Shown: positions 39,186-48,105 of the stretch, one piece after another | Layout of the letters: each line of letters opens with the position of its first letter | How positions within the stretch are numbered: position 1 is the stretch's first letter | Source: Myxococcota bacterium | Lineage (GTDB): Bacteria > Myxococcota_C > UBA6777 | Assembly (NCBI GenBank): GCA_023150835.1 | Contig: JAKLKB010000002.1 | Coordinates: forward strand, 62,001-126,000 | Length of the DNA: 64,000 bases | Direction: 5' to 3' | Notes under the pieces: generated by a model | Databases searched by the model: none | Seen by the model: only the letters and a program-made list of their open reading frames with translations | Told to the model about the DNA's origin: nothing | Program-made: the position numbers and the translations under genes

Positions 39186-39482
39186 CTATGCTTGCGGAAG
39201 CAAGGGGACCATCGCAAGAAGCTCATCTAACTGAGCGAGAAGATTCCCCGCCGCGCTATCATCGACGGCGTAGCGTCGGATCCCATCTTCGTCTTCGATC
39301 TCGATCTCATAGAGCGTACCATCGGGCATCTGTGACGAAGACAACGCAGCGGGTATGCCGAGCGTTAGTGCGGTTCCTTCAAATTGTTCTGCAACAACGG
39401 CGGCCTCTTCGGAGGCATCAAAGATCTCGTAGCGCTGTTCGAGGCCCCCAAAGCCACCGCTGGTCACGATCGCGATACGCAT
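39186..39482 (-). CDS. Emfourin-like protealysin inhibitor
   Basis: MRIAIVTSGGFGGL...PDGTLYEIEI; small gene immediately downstream of a protealysin-like protease. Confidence 0.8.
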   Translation of the reverse strand: MRIAIVTSGGFGGLEQRYEIFDASEEAAVVAEQFEGTALTLGIPAALSSSQMPDGTLYEIEIEDEDGIRRYAVDDSAAGNLLAQLDELLAMVPLLPQA

Positions 39483-39492
39483 CCACGACTCC

Positions 39493-40704
39493 TCACCAAC
39501 CAAACAAGCGCTTCACGCCTGCCCAAAAGCCCGTCTCTGGGGGCTTTGTGCCGGGTGTGTTCGCCTCCGCAGCGGTGGGCAGACCTGCGGGCGGGTTGTT
39601 GTTGATATCGTTGGCAGCATCGGTGGGAGAGCCATCTTTGTTGAGCAGACCGACAGAGACCCATGCCTCCAAAACGGCCTTGCGCTCGCTGCTATCGGCC
39701 CCGTAAAGAGAGCTTGCCGCTTCGAGACTGAGCTGCGCAAACTTCAAGAACGTTGCATCGGGATCTTGGAGACGTTGCAGGGTCTCGTACCAGATCTTGC
39801 CTGCTTTTTCCCACGCATAACCGCCGATCTGGGTGGCCGCAAGATAGAAGGCGCGGTTGGGGATGCCCGAGTTGATGTGAACGCCGCCATTGTCGCGGCT
39901 GGTCTTTACAAAATGGCTCATGTGGCCGGGCTGCGGATCTTTCCCAAGCAGCGGGTCATTGTAAGCCTCCCCGGGCGCTTTCATCGAACGCAGCGCTTGG
40001 CCTTTGATGTTCGGAGCCAAGATCTCTTTGCCCACCAACCATCCGGCTTGTGCGACGGTTTGCTTTTTCTTGAATTGTTCCGTCAAACAGCCGAAGACAT
40101 CGGCCAGATGTTCATTGAGCGCGCCCGATTGATAAACGTAGTTCAACCCGCCCGAAAATTGGACCATACCGTGTGAAAGTTCGTGACCGATGACCGTCAA
40201 GGCTTGCGTGAATCGCGTAAAGATCTTGCCGTCGCCATCGCCGTACGCCATCTGCTTGCCATTCCAAAAGGCGTTGTTGAAGTTGCGGCGCACATGCACA
40301 CTTGAGATCAGCGGCATACCCTTACCATCAAGAGAATCGCGCCCATACACTTCTTTCAAAAGTTGGTAAGTGTCCCCCGCTCCATCGTAGGCTTCGTTCA
40401 CAGCGGCGTCTGCATGGGCTGGATCGCCTTCGCCCCGTGCAAGGGCTTTTTGAAGCTCCGTCGAATATTCGGCGCTATAGACCTTGCGCTGCAACCCCTC
40501 GGCCTGAACGTCCAATTCTGCGGCAAAGAAAGCCATCGCCAAAGCCAGCGTGGTGCTGTCGCGTTCTTGGCGCACCTCTTCAGATATCTTTGCCAATTCT
40601 TCTACGGAAGCGATCAACTCGGTGTCACCCGATGCTTTGATTGCGTCGACCATGTAGGGGGGGATGATGCACTGGATCGGATCGTGACCATGACGACAAA
40701 CCAT
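39493..40704 (-). CDS. Protealysin-like M4 metallopeptidase
   Basis: CIIPPYM propeptide motif, NNAFWNG, HELSH, GALNEHLAD and GGVHINSGIPN. Confidence 0.95.
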   Translation of the reverse strand: MVCRHGHDPIQCIIPPYMVDAIKASGDTELIASVEELAKISEEVRQERDSTTLALAMAFFAAELDVQAEGLQRKVYSAEYSTELQKALARGEGDPAHADAAVNEAYDGAGDTYQLLKEVYGRDSLDGKGMPLISSVHVRRNFNNAFWNGKQMAYGDGDGKIFTRFTQALTVIGHELSHGMVQFSGGLNYVYQSGALNEHLADVFGCLTEQFKKKQTVAQAGWLVGKEILAPNIKGQALRSMKAPGEAYNDPLLGKDPQPGHMSHFVKTSRDNGGVHINSGIPNRAFYLAATQIGGYAWEKAGKIWYETLQRLQDPDATFLKFAQLSLEAASSLYGADSSERKAVLEAWVSVGLLNKDGSPTDAANDINNNPPAGLPTAAEANTPGTKPPETGFWAGVKRLFGW

Positions 40705-40936
40705 ACAACCTCCTGTATCGAAGCAAATAGAACCTTGATGGAGATGCGCTGCAACGCGCTGAGCGGTTTCCCTGCGCACCAACCGCCAAGTCTAGGGCCG
40801 ATGCCCCAAACAAGTCAACAACGCTTGTCTTCGACAAGAAAAGACACCAACCAAACAACCGACTTGTGATAGAGGTGACTTGTTGGATAGATTTTGTGGG
40901 GCGCTGCCTTGCTGTTTTGTAAAAGGAGATCGTTCG

Positions 40937-41248
40937 ATGAAACAGATATCGTTGTGTGTGTTGTGCGCAGGTGCTTTGTTGTGGGCGGCGTGTACGCCTG
41001 CGCCGATGACAACGGCAGGATACAGCAAGACCTGTACAGCCAAAGAAGATTGCGCGGCAGTTTATGTTGGGCCTGTTTGCGGGTGTGGCTGTGACGGCGA
41101 CGCCATCGCCAAAACAGAGATCGATCGTTATCAGAAAGAATACAGTGCTCGCCAAAAAGGATGCGGTCAACTCCCGCTGTGTGCGCCTTGTCCCACCACC
41201 CGATACGAATGCAAGGCCGGCGTTTGTGCGATACTGAGCGGAAACTAA
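40937..41248 (+). CDS. Small Cys-rich lipoprotein
   Basis: AAGGAG RBS, signal ending LLWAA-C, eight further Cys. Confidence 0.7.
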   Translation: MKQISLCVLCAGALLWAACTPAPMTTAGYSKTCTAKEDCAAVYVGPVCGCGCDGDAIAKTEIDRYQKEYSARQKGCGQLPLCAPCPTTRYECKAGVCAILSGN

Positions 41249-41427
41249 CGATCAGATCTGCCCAAAAAAGACGAGGGATGTTGTCAAGAGCGGTCAGTCC
41301 GATGCGTTGGAGACAGACGACCATTCGCATCAAGTGGCTTTTTGCATCATGCCGTCTATTTCGCCTCGGCAAGCCCCACCCCGCCTCACACCCCACCGAA
41401 CCATCCCCCGAAAGAATCCGCCCAGAA

Positions 41428-42396
41428 TCATTCGCCCGAACAACGATAGCGTTCATTGTCGCAGCACCCTTTTTGGGTGCCATCGCAACTATTGGCCTTT
41501 GCGCATTGCGCCCATGTGGTCATGCATTGTGTGCAAGTAGAGGAAAGCGACGAATAACAAGCGCCTTGGCAGTTTTGATCTGAGCCGCATGGTTGGAGGC
41601 ACTTGAGCAACGTATCGATCTCTGCACGTCCGCAACTATCGGGTTGTAAGCAAACATTTTGGCTTATTGCCGCATAATAGGCGCATTTCATCCCGCGCTT
41701 GCAGTCTTGATCCGATGCGCATTTTTTTGAGCAATAACCGAAACGACTTGCCGCCATCATGCACACCCCCGAAGAACAAGCGCTCCCTTCGGTGCAATAC
41801 TTCCCCTGATCGTGAGACACTTCGAGCTTGAGGCTGCCAAAGCAAGCAGCATATTCTTGGCCGCAACAACTGCCCGAAGCCGAAAGGGTACCGCTGCATT
41901 TGTTTTTGTTTACACAATCATAAAACTGGCGGATACATGGGCTGCAACCGGGTGATTTGAGCGTCTTGTCAAGGCAGCTAAGAAGACATGTACTGCGTTC
42001 TTCTATGGTTTTCGTGCTGGTGCCGCATTGGATTGTGCAGACATCGATCATGTCGTCTATATCGGCTTGGTTGCATTTGGCTCCGCTGGGGTTGGGAGTG
42101 GTTCCTCCGGGATTGGTATTGGGGAGGCCCAATCCACCCGAGCCGCCAGTAGGGGGGTTGGGATTTTTGGCGCACAGTCCGCCGCCTCCTTGGAGAGTTG
42201 CACAATAAAGGCTTTGGCAGTCGTTGTTCTTGGTACAGCTTTCGCCGTTGGGTCGGCCTTGGCTGTTGGTGCCACCGAGTCCACCGTTTCCACCGTTTCC
42301 ACCGTTCCCACCGCCCCCATAATTGTTGGGTACGCCACAGGCGATCAAAAGGCTAAGAGCGGAACTTGCGAAGAGTGCGAGGGTTTGTCGTTTCAT
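41428..42396 (-). CDS. Cys-rich lipoprotein with Gly-rich linker
   Basis: MKRQTLALFASSALSLLIA-C lipobox, GGN repeats, duplicated Cys-rich modules; AAGGAG RBS. Confidence 0.75.
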   Translation of the reverse strand: MKRQTLALFASSALSLLIACGVPNNYGGGGNGGNGGNGGLGGTNSQGRPNGESCTKNNDCQSLYCATLQGGGGLCAKNPNPPTGGSGGLGLPNTNPGGTTPNPSGAKCNQADIDDMIDVCTIQCGTSTKTIEERSTCLLSCLDKTLKSPGCSPCIRQFYDCVNKNKCSGTLSASGSCCGQEYAACFGSLKLEVSHDQGKYCTEGSACSSGVCMMAASRFGYCSKKCASDQDCKRGMKCAYYAAISQNVCLQPDSCGRAEIDTLLKCLQPCGSDQNCQGACYSSLSSTCTQCMTTWAQCAKANSCDGTQKGCCDNERYRCSGE

Positions 42397-42662
42397 GGTC
42401 TGTTCTCCTTGTCTTGTCTGGTTTGGAATCTTTGGGTTTGGGGGAGTGACGAATCGCTGGAAAGCGCCTTCTTTCGGAAGTGTTTGAACGCTGTTGTTTC
42501 GTCGTTGGGAGGGCCTTGTGGCAATGGATGTGCCAAGGGCCGCAAACAAGGGCATCGCCTTGTGCGGAAAGGAGATCGCCAAGATCGCCAAGGGATCGGA
42601 CAGATCGCACCGTCCAGATCACAAACACCAACGTGTCCAAAAGGCAGACAATCCCAAGCAAC

Positions 42663-42815
42663 GGGCAGGGTTGTGTTTGGACAGAGCGGGAGCGATGGGC
42701 GGGGTTGTGTTCGGACAGAGCGGGAGCGATGGGCCGGGTTGTGTTCGGACAGAGCGGGAGCGATGGGCCGGGTTGTGTTTGGACGGGGCGAGGGTAGTGG
42801 GCGGGGTTGTGTTTG
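42663..42815. repeat. Intergenic tandem repeat, 34-bp unit, about 4.5 copies
   Basis: gggc(c/g)gggttgtgttcggacagagcgggagcgat head to tail, no spacers. Confidence 0.95.
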
Positions 42816-42849
42816 AGGGGATTCGTGCTATAAACCGAGCCGTTTGCTT

Positions 42850-42959
42850 TTGGTGTAGTGATCGTAAAGGCGTAGGGGCAGCCCCCTGTGGCAGCCCAAG
42901 AACAGGACTGCCATCGCGACTCGTGTCGACGTTTCGATCACACATCTCTCGGATATCGT
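42850..42959 (+). mobile_element. ~110-bp MITE/REP-like element, family 1, copy E (left end degenerate)
   Basis: gtgatcgtaaaggcgtaggggcagccccctgtggcagccc...tcgatcacacatctctCGGATATCGT. Confidence 0.75.
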
Positions 42960-43013
42960 GTAAGGGTTCGGAAAGCAAGCACACACGGGCAAGATGGAAT
43001 CGGGAGGAAGGCG

Positions 43014-44729
43014 TTGGTAGGAGAACAGATCCCCCAAGAGCGTTGGCGAGCGCGGTTGTTGTTGGCAGCGGTGTTTGTGTTGGTGGGTTGCGGCATCGTG
43101 ATGGAGTTGATGATCGCGGGGTACGCCTCACACCTACAAGGCGACAGCATCTATCAATTTTCGCTGACGATCGGCTTGTTTATGAGTGCGATGGGGGTGG
43201 GCAGTTTTTTGACCCAACGTTTTGAGGATCGTTTGGTCGAGCGGATGGCGTGGGTGCAATGGAGTTTTGCAGCGAGCAGCGCGGCGACGATCTTGTTTTT
43301 GGGGCTATCGGATCAATTCACGACCAACTTTTCGCTGATGTCGCATGGATGGACGGTATGGATGGGGGGGCATATCGGCTTTATGCTACCGTTGGCGGTG
43401 CGGATCGTGGAGAGTGATCTACCGCTGCCGCGCTTGTTGGCGAGCGTGTTGTTTATGGACTACCTTGGGGCGTTGGCGGGTTCGTTGTGGTTTCCGTGGT
43501 GGCTGTTGCCGACCTTGGGCTTTGCGAACGGCGCGCTGGCGGTGGCTTTGGTGGCCTTGATCGGGCTGTCGTTGCTTGGGATCGCTTTTTGGCGGATTCT
43601 GCGAAGGGAACGGGGCCTTTGGTGGGCGACATTGCTTTTGCTCGGCGGGATCGCCCTCTCGTGGGATCGCACAGAGCGGATCCTTGAGCATTTGTCGATG
43701 CGTGGGATGAAAGGCGTCGAGAAGGTCCACATCGAACGCTCGCGCTACCAAGAGATCCGCTTTTTTCGTTATGGAAAAGAACATTTTTTGAGCCTGAATC
43801 GGTTTGCGCAATTCAGCAGCCAAGACGAACGCCGCTATCACGAGTCGTTGGTGCATCTTGCGATGCATCGGGCCAAACAGCACAAGCGGATCTTGATCTT
43901 GGGAGGCGGGGATGGCCTTGTGTTGCGCGAGTTGTGGCGTTATGCGGATGTTGCGCACGTTGTGATGGTCGATCTCGATCCCGCGATGACTCGTTTTGGT
44001 GCAACGCATCCTGTGATGCGCCGCCTCAACGAAGACTCGATGCTTCCGCCTAAGCCGCGAACCTACTGCCTCTACGAATCGATCTGCGGAAACGCCCGTC
44101 CCAAGCGGATCTATCAACAACGCATCAAACGTCCCGAAGCTTTTTGCCCACAGATCCCTGTTCACAAAAAGCCCGAAGATTCGACCTGTTCACTACACAT
44201 CCGCAAACAACAAAGCCATCCGACGCTTGAGATCCGCAACGAAGACGCATGGAAATATGTTGAACAAGCGAACACACCGTTTGATATCATCCTCTCGGAT
44301 CTACCCGACGCCACCAATATCTCGCTATCCAAGCTTTACAGCATCGAGTTTTATCGGATGCTTCGGCGCTTGCTGGCTCGGGGTGGGGCGATGGCGGTGC
44401 AGTCCACAACGGTGGCCCCGGGCTATCGTCGAGCGTTTTGGTGCATCCATAACACCATCCATGCAGCGGGCTTTGACACACAAGCCTATCATGCTTGGAT
44501 CCCAAGTTTTGGCCTGCATACGAGTTTTGTGTTGGCCGCCGATGAGCCTGTCGGCTTGCGAACGTTGCAATTCACCGTACCGACGCGCTTTTTACACGAT
44601 CAATTTTTGCCTGCGATGTTGTGGTTTCCCAAAGATATCGAGCATGTGAAGACGCGGATCAATCGGATCGATACGCACATCTTGTTGCGTTATCTGCTGA
44701 AAAACTCGCTGCTTGGGTCTGTGGAATGA
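43014..44729 (+). CDS. speE: Membrane-fused spermidine synthase / polyamine aminopropyltransferase, paralogue 1
   Basis: N-terminal TM domain, QFSSQDERRYHESLVH, ILILGGGDG, VDLDP and FDIILSDLPD. Start taken as TTG after GGAGG. Confidence 0.85.
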   Translation: MVGEQIPQERWRARLLLAAVFVLVGCGIVMELMIAGYASHLQGDSIYQFSLTIGLFMSAMGVGSFLTQRFEDRLVERMAWVQWSFAASSAATILFLGLSDQFTTNFSLMSHGWTVWMGGHIGFMLPLAVRIVESDLPLPRLLASVLFMDYLGALAGSLWFPWWLLPTLGFANGALAVALVALIGLSLLGIAFWRILRRERGLWWATLLLLGGIALSWDRTERILEHLSMRGMKGVEKVHIERSRYQEIRFFRYGKEHFLSLNRFAQFSSQDERRYHESLVHLAMHRAKQHKRILILGGGDGLVLRELWRYADVAHVVMVDLDPAMTRFGATHPVMRRLNEDSMLPPKPRTYCLYESICGNARPKRIYQQRIKRPEAFCPQIPVHKKPEDSTCSLHIRKQQSHPTLEIRNEDAWKYVEQANTPFDIILSDLPDATNISLSKLYSIEFYRMLRRLLARGGAMAVQSTTVAPGYRRAFWCIHNTIHAAGFDTQAYHAWIPSFGLHTSFVLAADEPVGLRTLQFTVPTRFLHDQFLPAMLWFPKDIEHVKTRINRIDTHILLRYLLKNSLLGSVE

Positions 44730-46369
44730 ACGTGATCCGTACGGGCTTACGCCCTGAGCGCAGTTTGGTGATCGGTTTGGGTTGTTTGTTGGGGGCATAC
44801 TTGTTCCAAGTGCAGCGCTACACGTGGGGTTGGGGTACGATCCCGGGGCGCGATGCAGCGGTGTGGGTGTTGGTGGGTTTGCTTGTGGGGATGATCTGGG
44901 GATGGAAACGACCAATTCATCGGGGTATATGGGTGGTGTTGTTGGCTGTATTGTCGAGTCCGCCGTGTTTGCACGAGATGTTGCGTCGCGAATGGCTCGG
45001 GCGGTGGTGGCTTGAGGGTGCAAGTGTTGTGTTGGTCGGGTCGGCGGGATGGGCTTTTGCGATGCCGTTTCGTGCGTTGGTGCAGATCGATCTGCGCGAA
45101 GAAGAGCGTGTTGCGTTGGGGGTGTTGTTGGGAGACCTCCTGCTTTTGGCAACGATCTGGGCGATCCTACCGTACTTTGGTGTCTTGCCTACAGCGGCAG
45201 CGTTGGGGGTGGCGTTGTGGTTTTGGTTGTGGCGTGCGTACCCCTCTGTGCTTCTGGCGTGCTGTTGCTTTTTTCCCGCTGTTGCGTGTGGGCTGATGCC
45301 TTGGAGCAGCGGAGTGTTCCTTAGCATCGCGGGGACGTGGCCTGTGGAGCGGCGTGAGATCGATGGGCGGTCGTTTTATGTGGAGCGTGATCGACGAGTG
45401 CCTTTGTTTCGGATAGTAGGCTCGGGCGGAGAAGTGTTGTCCGCAGATCAGCATCGGATGGCGGAAGCGATGATCGCCCCGTGGTTCGAGGATCTCCGAG
45501 GCCCTGCGCGGATCATGCTTGTGGGCGGGGAGGATGGGTTCTTGTTGCGAGAGATCCTTTCTTCGCCGGCGGTCGTGCGGGTGGATCTGTGGAGTGTGCG
45601 GGCGGATCGCCTTGCTTTCTTTGCGAGCCACCCGATCACACGGCGCTTTCATCAAGATGCTTTCCGAGATCCGCGTGTTTTCGTTCACATCCATCCAAAC
45701 CCCGCAGCACTCGTTGTTGCGCTTGAACGCACCGCACCAAGAGGGTATGCCGCGATCCTTCAATCCGTCGATCCACCCGCCCATCAAAGCGATCGATGGT
45801 TGTACCAGCCGAGCGTTTTTCGCACCTTGCGCCGCCACTTGCAGCCACAAGGCCCGCTCGTCGTCGCCGCAGGAAACTGGGAAGACCCCGATGACATCGC
45901 CTGTGTTGGCCACGCTTTGCGGTGGGCGGGCTTTTTTACACAGCCCTATCGGACCTCCGGCATGGATATCACATGGTCTTTTTGGTGGGCCTCGACAAAG
46001 CGCCCTTCGCCCCGCCTTGTTCGCATCCCTTCGGGTTTGCGCTCGATCCGACAAGCCCGATGGCTCGGGATGCTCACCTTCCCTCGCCTCTTTGATCCCC
46101 GTCGCGCACCCTTGCCCGAATGTGCTGCGCCCTCTGTACCGCCCTCTGTACCGCCCTCTGTACCGCCCTCTGTACCGCCCTCTGTACCGCCCTCTGTACC
46201 GTCTTCTGTACCGTCTTCTGTATCGTCTTCTGTACCGTCCTCGGGGTCCACAAGCGTCCCCCCCAAGGCGAGTCTGCGAATGCAACCACTTCAAAAACGC
46301 CCAAACAACGGGGAAAAACAGCCCTCCCCTCCCCGCAAGACTCCCCTCCCCTTTCGCCAATCCATGTAG
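44726..46369 (+). CDS. Divergent membrane-fused spermidine-synthase-like protein, paralogue 2
   Basis: ATGA overlap with paralogue 1; TM N-terminus; IMLVGGEDGFLLREIL, DAFRDPRV and eroded AAILQSVDPP. Confidence 0.7.
   Translation: MNVIRTGLRPERSLVIGLGCLLGAYLFQVQRYTWGWGTIPGRDAAVWVLVGLLVGMIWGWKRPIHRGIWVVLLAVLSSPPCLHEMLRREWLGRWWLEGASVVLVGSAGWAFAMPFRALVQIDLREEERVALGVLLGDLLLLATIWAILPYFGVLPTAAALGVALWFWLWRAYPSVLLACCCFFPAVACGLMPWSSGVFLSIAGTWPVERREIDGRSFYVERDRRVPLFRIVGSGGEVLSADQHRMAEAMIAPWFEDLRGPARIMLVGGEDGFLLREILSSPAVVRVDLWSVRADRLAFFASHPITRRFHQDAFRDPRVFVHIHPNPAALVVALERTAPRGYAAILQSVDPPAHQSDRWLYQPSVFRTLRRHLQPQGPLVVAAGNWEDPDDIACVGHALRWAGFFTQPYRTSGMDITWSFWWASTKRPSPRLVRIPSGLRSIRQARWLGMLTFPRLFDPRRAPLPECAAPSVPPSVPPSVPPSVPPSVPPSVPSSVPSSVSSSVPSSGSTSVPPKASLRMQPLQKRPNNGEKQPSPPRKTPLPFRQSM
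46129..46240 (+). repeat. Coding tandem repeat, 12-bp unit encoding PSVP/SSVP
   Basis: ccctctgtaccg repeated about nine times with drift to tcttctgta. Confidence 0.95.
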
Positions 46370-46378
46370 GACAACGTC

Positions 46379-47971
46379 ATGTCTTCCAACCACACCGATA
46401 TCCCAAGCACTGCGCAAAATGCCTCCGCGACCAAGGTCGCCGATCCTTTTGATCCACAGCATCTCGCAGGGCGGCAGAAAAGCCGCGTCTTGCTGTTTTC
46501 GATCATGTTGATCGCCACCAACGGCGTGATCTACGAGCTGTTGATCGGAGGTTATTCTTCGTATCTGCTCGGGGACAGCATTACACAATTCTCGCTTACC
46601 ATCGGGCTGTTTATGAGTTCGATGGGAGTGGGTTCTTGGTTGACGCAACGCTTTGAGCGCGATCTTGAAGCACGCTTTGTCGAAGTTGAGATCTTGTTGG
46701 CTTTGGTAGGCGGTCCGACGGTGCTGTTGTTGGCGATGGCCCACATCTACACGCGGCTGTATTCGTGGGTGATGTTTGCTCTGATCGTCTTCATCGGGTG
46801 CTTGATCGGCTTCGAGATCCCTTTGGTGACGCGGATCGTCGAGCGTTATGGCGGCCTCAAAAAAGCCCTTGCGAACGTGCTTTCCTTTGATTACATCGGC
46901 GCATTGTTTGGCTCGCTGTTGTTTCCGTTGGTGCTGTTGCCCGAACTCGGTTTTGCGCGAACTTCGTTCTTTATCGGCTTGGTCAATCTCGGTGTGGCGG
47001 GCGTCAACCTCTGGAGCTTTCGCAGCGATCTAGGAAAAAACCTAGGGCGACTGTGGTTTGGAACGATCTTCACAGCGCTGCTGTTGGGCATCGGCTTCTT
47101 TTACTCGGCAGGCTGGATCGAACGCGCCCGTGAATCAGCCACCCAACAAAAGCTCGTTCATCTCGAACATACCCCTTATCAACATCTTCGCTTTGTCAAA
47201 GAGCAAGGCAAAAGAGGCCCGATCTACCGACTTTATCTGAATGGAGAGCATCAGTTTAGCAGCGACAGCGAACGGCGTTATCACGAGGCTCTGGTGCATC
47301 CAGCGATGGCAGCGGCCCCCAAGCGTCAACGCATCTTGATCTTGGGCGGGGGCGATGCGCTCGCCCTACGCGAGGTCTGCCGATACAAAGAAGTCCATGA
47401 GATCGTGATGGTCGATCTCGATCCTGCAATGACTCGGTTTGCACGAAGCCACCCGCTGATGCGCCAACTCAACGAAGACGCCCTGCGCGATCCGCGATTG
47501 ACGCTCTACAATATGGACGCTTCGCTTTACATCCAACGCCCGAACATCCGTCCTTTTGATGTCGTGATCATCGATCTTCCCGTTCCCACCAATATCGGGC
47601 TATCCAAACTCTACACCGTCCATTTTTATCGGATGCTTCGGCGCGTGACACACCCTCAAAGCGTTCTTGTCACCGAAGCCGCTGTCCTCAACCCCATCGA
47701 ATACAAACCCTTTTGGTCGATCCATCGCACACAAACCCGCGCAGGTTGGCGAGTCTACCCCTTTGTTCTCGAAACGATGGCCTTCTTTCTCTTTCGCCAA
47801 ACGCCGATCGATACGGACTCTTTGCGCCCGCTTGTTCCCACACAATCGCTTTCCGAAGGCGCGCTTGCTGCGGCCTTTTCACTCCCTCCCGATGCGACGC
47901 CCCCCCACCTTCTTCCCGCCAATACGCTCGACACGCACGCTCTTTTGCGCCTTATCTTGCAACTACGCTAA
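46379..47971 (+). CDS. speE: Membrane-fused spermidine synthase / polyamine aminopropyltransferase, paralogue 3
   Basis: YELLIGGYSSYLLGDS TM domain, QFSSDSERRYHEALVH, ILILGGGDA, VDLDP and FDVVIIDLPVP. Confidence 0.85.
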   Translation: MSSNHTDIPSTAQNASATKVADPFDPQHLAGRQKSRVLLFSIMLIATNGVIYELLIGGYSSYLLGDSITQFSLTIGLFMSSMGVGSWLTQRFERDLEARFVEVEILLALVGGPTVLLLAMAHIYTRLYSWVMFALIVFIGCLIGFEIPLVTRIVERYGGLKKALANVLSFDYIGALFGSLLFPLVLLPELGFARTSFFIGLVNLGVAGVNLWSFRSDLGKNLGRLWFGTIFTALLLGIGFFYSAGWIERARESATQQKLVHLEHTPYQHLRFVKEQGKRGPIYRLYLNGEHQFSSDSERRYHEALVHPAMAAAPKRQRILILGGGDALALREVCRYKEVHEIVMVDLDPAMTRFARSHPLMRQLNEDALRDPRLTLYNMDASLYIQRPNIRPFDVVIIDLPVPTNIGLSKLYTVHFYRMLRRVTHPQSVLVTEAAVLNPIEYKPFWSIHRTQTRAGWRVYPFVLETMAFFLFRQTPIDTDSLRPLVPTQSLSEGALAAAFSLPPDATPPHLLPANTLDTHALLRLILQLR

Positions 47972-48105
47972 CGCCCACACAACCTTTTGCATCGGGTAGA
48001 AGTGACGCAGTTCTTGAGCTTGGCTTGATCTTCATCGGGCTGGCTGCTAAAGTGGGGGCGTTTCGCGGCAAGTTTGTATTTTGAAAAAATGTAGAGAACA
48101 AGACG

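Noticed and set aside
42663-42815. Possible CRISPR array (34-bp unit)
   Set aside because: Head-to-tail tandem repeat without spacers.
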